DNA of 64,000 nucleotides from a virus (Duplodnaviria; Caudoviricetes): IMG/VR virus record IMGVR_UViG_3300045282_000294, positions 457 to 64,456 of that record; one strand, 5' to 3'. Shown piece by piece: positions 61,964 to 64,000 of this stretch (position 1 is its first letter; each line of letters starts with the position of its first letter). The notes under the pieces were generated by a model. It saw only the letters and a program-made list of their open reading frames with translations, ran no database searches and was not told where the DNA came from. The position numbers and the translations under genes were made by a program.

Positions 61964-63283
61964 ATGACGAGTGAACGCAACATCCGTGTGCATCGCCGCT
62001 ATACGTGGAAACTCTATCCTACGGCAGAGCAAGCAACCATTTTGCACGAGCAGCGCATGATGATTGTGGATTTGTGGAATGCGCTGCTGCAGCGCCACGA
62101 GGACATCTGGCGCCGCACGCGCGGGCAGAAAGGCGTCGTACATAGCGAGGCCCGATCGTCTTATACCCTTTTTGACATGACCGGCGAGATTACCGACTTA
62201 CGACGCGAGTGTGCGGAATGGGCCGCGCTTTCAGTTTGGTCCGCCCACGGCGTCGCGGAAGCGCTAGACAATGCCTTCAAAGCCTTTTTCCGTCGCGCCA
62301 AAGCCGGGGCTGGAGCGCAGTCTGGTTATCCTCGTTATCGCCGCCGGCGTGATGGCACGAGTATCCCGCATCGCCATTCGCTGTTTTGGCCCGCCGGCCC
62401 CGGCAAATCGCACGACAGCCGAGCCAAGAGTGGCTCCGGCAGCGGCTGCCTGCTGCGACACAAGCAGGGCCGCACCTGGACTCTCGCGCTCAAAGCCGTC
62501 GATGGCCCGATCCATACCCGCGGTGCGCTGCCGGAGAATGCGCCGTGGGACAAAATGAGTGCGGCCAATGTTCTGTGGCAGGACGGCCGCTGGTGGTTTT
62601 CGGTTTGCGTCGAGATGGTCCCGCGGCGTGTGCCTGGTAGACACCCCATCAGCGTGGACTTTGATTTGATTGATGGACTAGCCTATGTGGCCGAGGACAT
62701 CCCGGGCTCGCACGGGCAAAAGCGAGAGCCTCTGGGCCGTGCAGACCGTCGAACAGAGTCCACAGGGTTTGTGCTGGAGACCCCCGAGCCGTTCTCGCGC
62801 ATTGCGGCGCTGGCGCGCGATCTCGACCAGCTAAAGTCCGCGCGAGACCGCCGCTGGCCGCGCGCAGCTCGAAATGATCCGGACTGGCAAGATGCCGATG
62901 AAGAAATCCGGAGGCTGTCGGCCCGCATCGCGCGCATTCGCCGGGACTGTTTGCACGTCTGGACGACCCGCATCGTGCAGCGCGCTTCAGACCTCACCAT
63001 CCGTCAACCGCGCATCAGTGAACACACGGCCTCGCCGCATGGCGACGCGAAAGAATGGGGCGCCAATACCGGGATTGTATCGGAGCTAAACCGTTCGGTT
63101 CTCTCTTATGCCCCCGCGATGGCGGTGCAGATGCTTGAATACAAAGCGGAGGAAGCCGGCATCCGCTGCGATGTTGTCGTCGATGACTCGCCGGCTATAG
63201 CGATTGGCGGTGCGTTGGTGAAAGCGGGCAAGAAGCTACGACGCAGCGCGAAAGCTGCGAAGGTACCGGGCTCGCCCGGATAA
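61964..63283 (+). CDS. TnpB/Cas12f-like RNA-binding protein, C-terminally truncated and probably nuclease-dead
   Basis: RYTWKLYPTAEQ..WNALL, LDNAFKAFF..GYPRYR, DGRWWFSV; RuvC-I SVDFD; RuvC-II position reads LTIRQP; LEYKAEEAG; no zinc finger or RuvC-III; GGAGG RBS. Confidence 0.8.
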   Translation: MTSERNIRVHRRYTWKLYPTAEQATILHEQRMMIVDLWNALLQRHEDIWRRTRGQKGVVHSEARSSYTLFDMTGEITDLRRECAEWAALSVWSAHGVAEALDNAFKAFFRRAKAGAGAQSGYPRYRRRRDGTSIPHRHSLFWPAGPGKSHDSRAKSGSGSGCLLRHKQGRTWTLALKAVDGPIHTRGALPENAPWDKMSAANVLWQDGRWWFSVCVEMVPRRVPGRHPISVDFDLIDGLAYVAEDIPGSHGQKREPLGRADRRTESTGFVLETPEPFSRIAALARDLDQLKSARDRRWPRAARNDPDWQDADEEIRRLSARIARIRRDCLHVWTTRIVQRASDLTIRQPRISEHTASPHGDAKEWGANTGIVSELNRSVLSYAPAMAVQMLEYKAEEAGIRCDVVVDDSPAIAIGGALVKAGKKLRRSAKAAKVPGSPG

Positions 63284-63594
63284 AGCGAGAGGCCCGAGTC
63301 TCAAAGCGAGAGGGGCCGAGTCTGGCAAGTCGCGCCAGGTTGGCGAAAGTTCACAACACCGGGCTCGCACGGGGAACAAGCGAGAGAACCCTACCGGGCT
63401 CGCACGGGTAATAGCGAGAGTTGGGCCTGCCCGTATAGGGGGACAACACCGGGCTCGCCCGGAGAAAAGCGAGAGTGGAAGTCCCACAGCACCGTGCTCG
63501 CACGAGCAAAAGCGAGACATCGCCTGCAACAGGATCTACTGGTTTCACACCACCGGGCTTGCCCGGATAACAGCGAGAGAAGGAGTAAACTAAG

Positions 63595-63864
63595 ATGGTT
63601 GCTAATATCGCGCAAAAGCAAGGACTGACGATCATCCACCCCTCAGTGAAGCACGAGGTGTCGCTACTCGATAGATCGGTCGAGATGGCAGAGGCTGCGT
63701 TCGACGCGATCATGAGCGGAGCCACGGAGGCGAAAAACTGCAACGTGATGTTGGGAGCCGGTCGCGTGTTGCAGGGCGCGGCGCGGCAAAGGCTCACGCA
63801 GCGTTTGTCGGCGGGCCGGCTCGCGATGCAGGAGGCCAGGCTGGTCGAGCAGTCTGCTGCCTGA
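63595..63864 (+). CDS. hypothetical protein flanked by repeats
   Basis: AAGGAG RBS directly after repeat copy 63551. Confidence 0.55.
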   Translation: MVANIAQKQGLTIIHPSVKHEVSLLDRSVEMAEAAFDAIMSGATEAKNCNVMLGAGRVLQGAARQRLTQRLSAGRLAMQEARLVEQSAA

Positions 63865-64000
63865 TGTGTGCGGCACCGGGCTCGCCCGGGTAACAGCGAG
63901 AGGGTTGACCACCGGGCTCGCCCGGAGAAAAGCGAGAGTGCCCAACGGACTGCCCGCATACCAAGTTGGGACGGATAGGCTCGCGGCAAGGGGTGGCGAG

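Larger units (their letters stand above)
61800..63938 (+). repeat. dispersed array of 12 copies of a ~29-nt repeat, YACCGGGCTCGCMCGG-N4-6-AGCGAGAG
   Basis: copies start at 61800, 61852, 61901, ~62700, 63264, 63357, 63392, 63447, 63490, 63551, 63874 and 63910; all in the same orientation. Confidence 0.92.

Noticed and set aside
61800-63938. Canonical CRISPR array
   Set aside because: Spacers range from 5 to 65 nt, repeats vary internally and sit inside genes, and there are no cas1/cas2 genes; reported as a non-canonical repeat system instead
61800-63938. TIGR-type dual-spacer array or intact IS200/IS605 element
   Set aside because: No fixed periodicity, no C/D-box motifs and no Nop-domain gene; no tnpA, and the TnpB lacks its C-terminal catalytic part

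Overview
The window is most of the genome of a temperate, podovirus-like phage of an alphaproteobacterial host (probably Rhizobiales; inferred from GcrA-, GapR- and ClpX-zinc-finger-like genes). It appears to be in excised or circularly permuted form: no host genes are seen, and an intact attP with a phage tRNA-Val lies inside it. Gene order: recombination ATPase, excisionase, integrase, attP/tRNA; a minus-strand virion module (5-39 kb: ejection/polyvalent proteins, collagen-like fibres, adaptors, capsid, scaffold, glycosyltransferases, portal); a divergent terminase-lysis block; early genes; primase-helicase, RusA, cro/cI; a RecE-like exonuclease. Main unexpected elements: (1) The major capsid gene is missed by the ORF track because five group I-type insertions split it into six exons, which splice into a clean 338-aa protein. 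The insertions are two ~145-nt ultra-minimal introns, a 984-nt relative carrying a LAGLIDADG ORF, a 248-nt conventional intron, and a 57-nt insertion with only the P1/P10 guide and no catalytic core. (2) A truncated, probably nuclease-dead TnpB-like gene sits among 12 copies of a ~29-nt pseudoknot-forming repeat with irregular spacers. (3) There is a textbook hammerhead ribozyme. (4) The attP mimics a tRNA-Val anticodon arm and lies beside a recoded replacement tRNA. All product calls come from motif recognition by eye; no database searches or folding programs were run.
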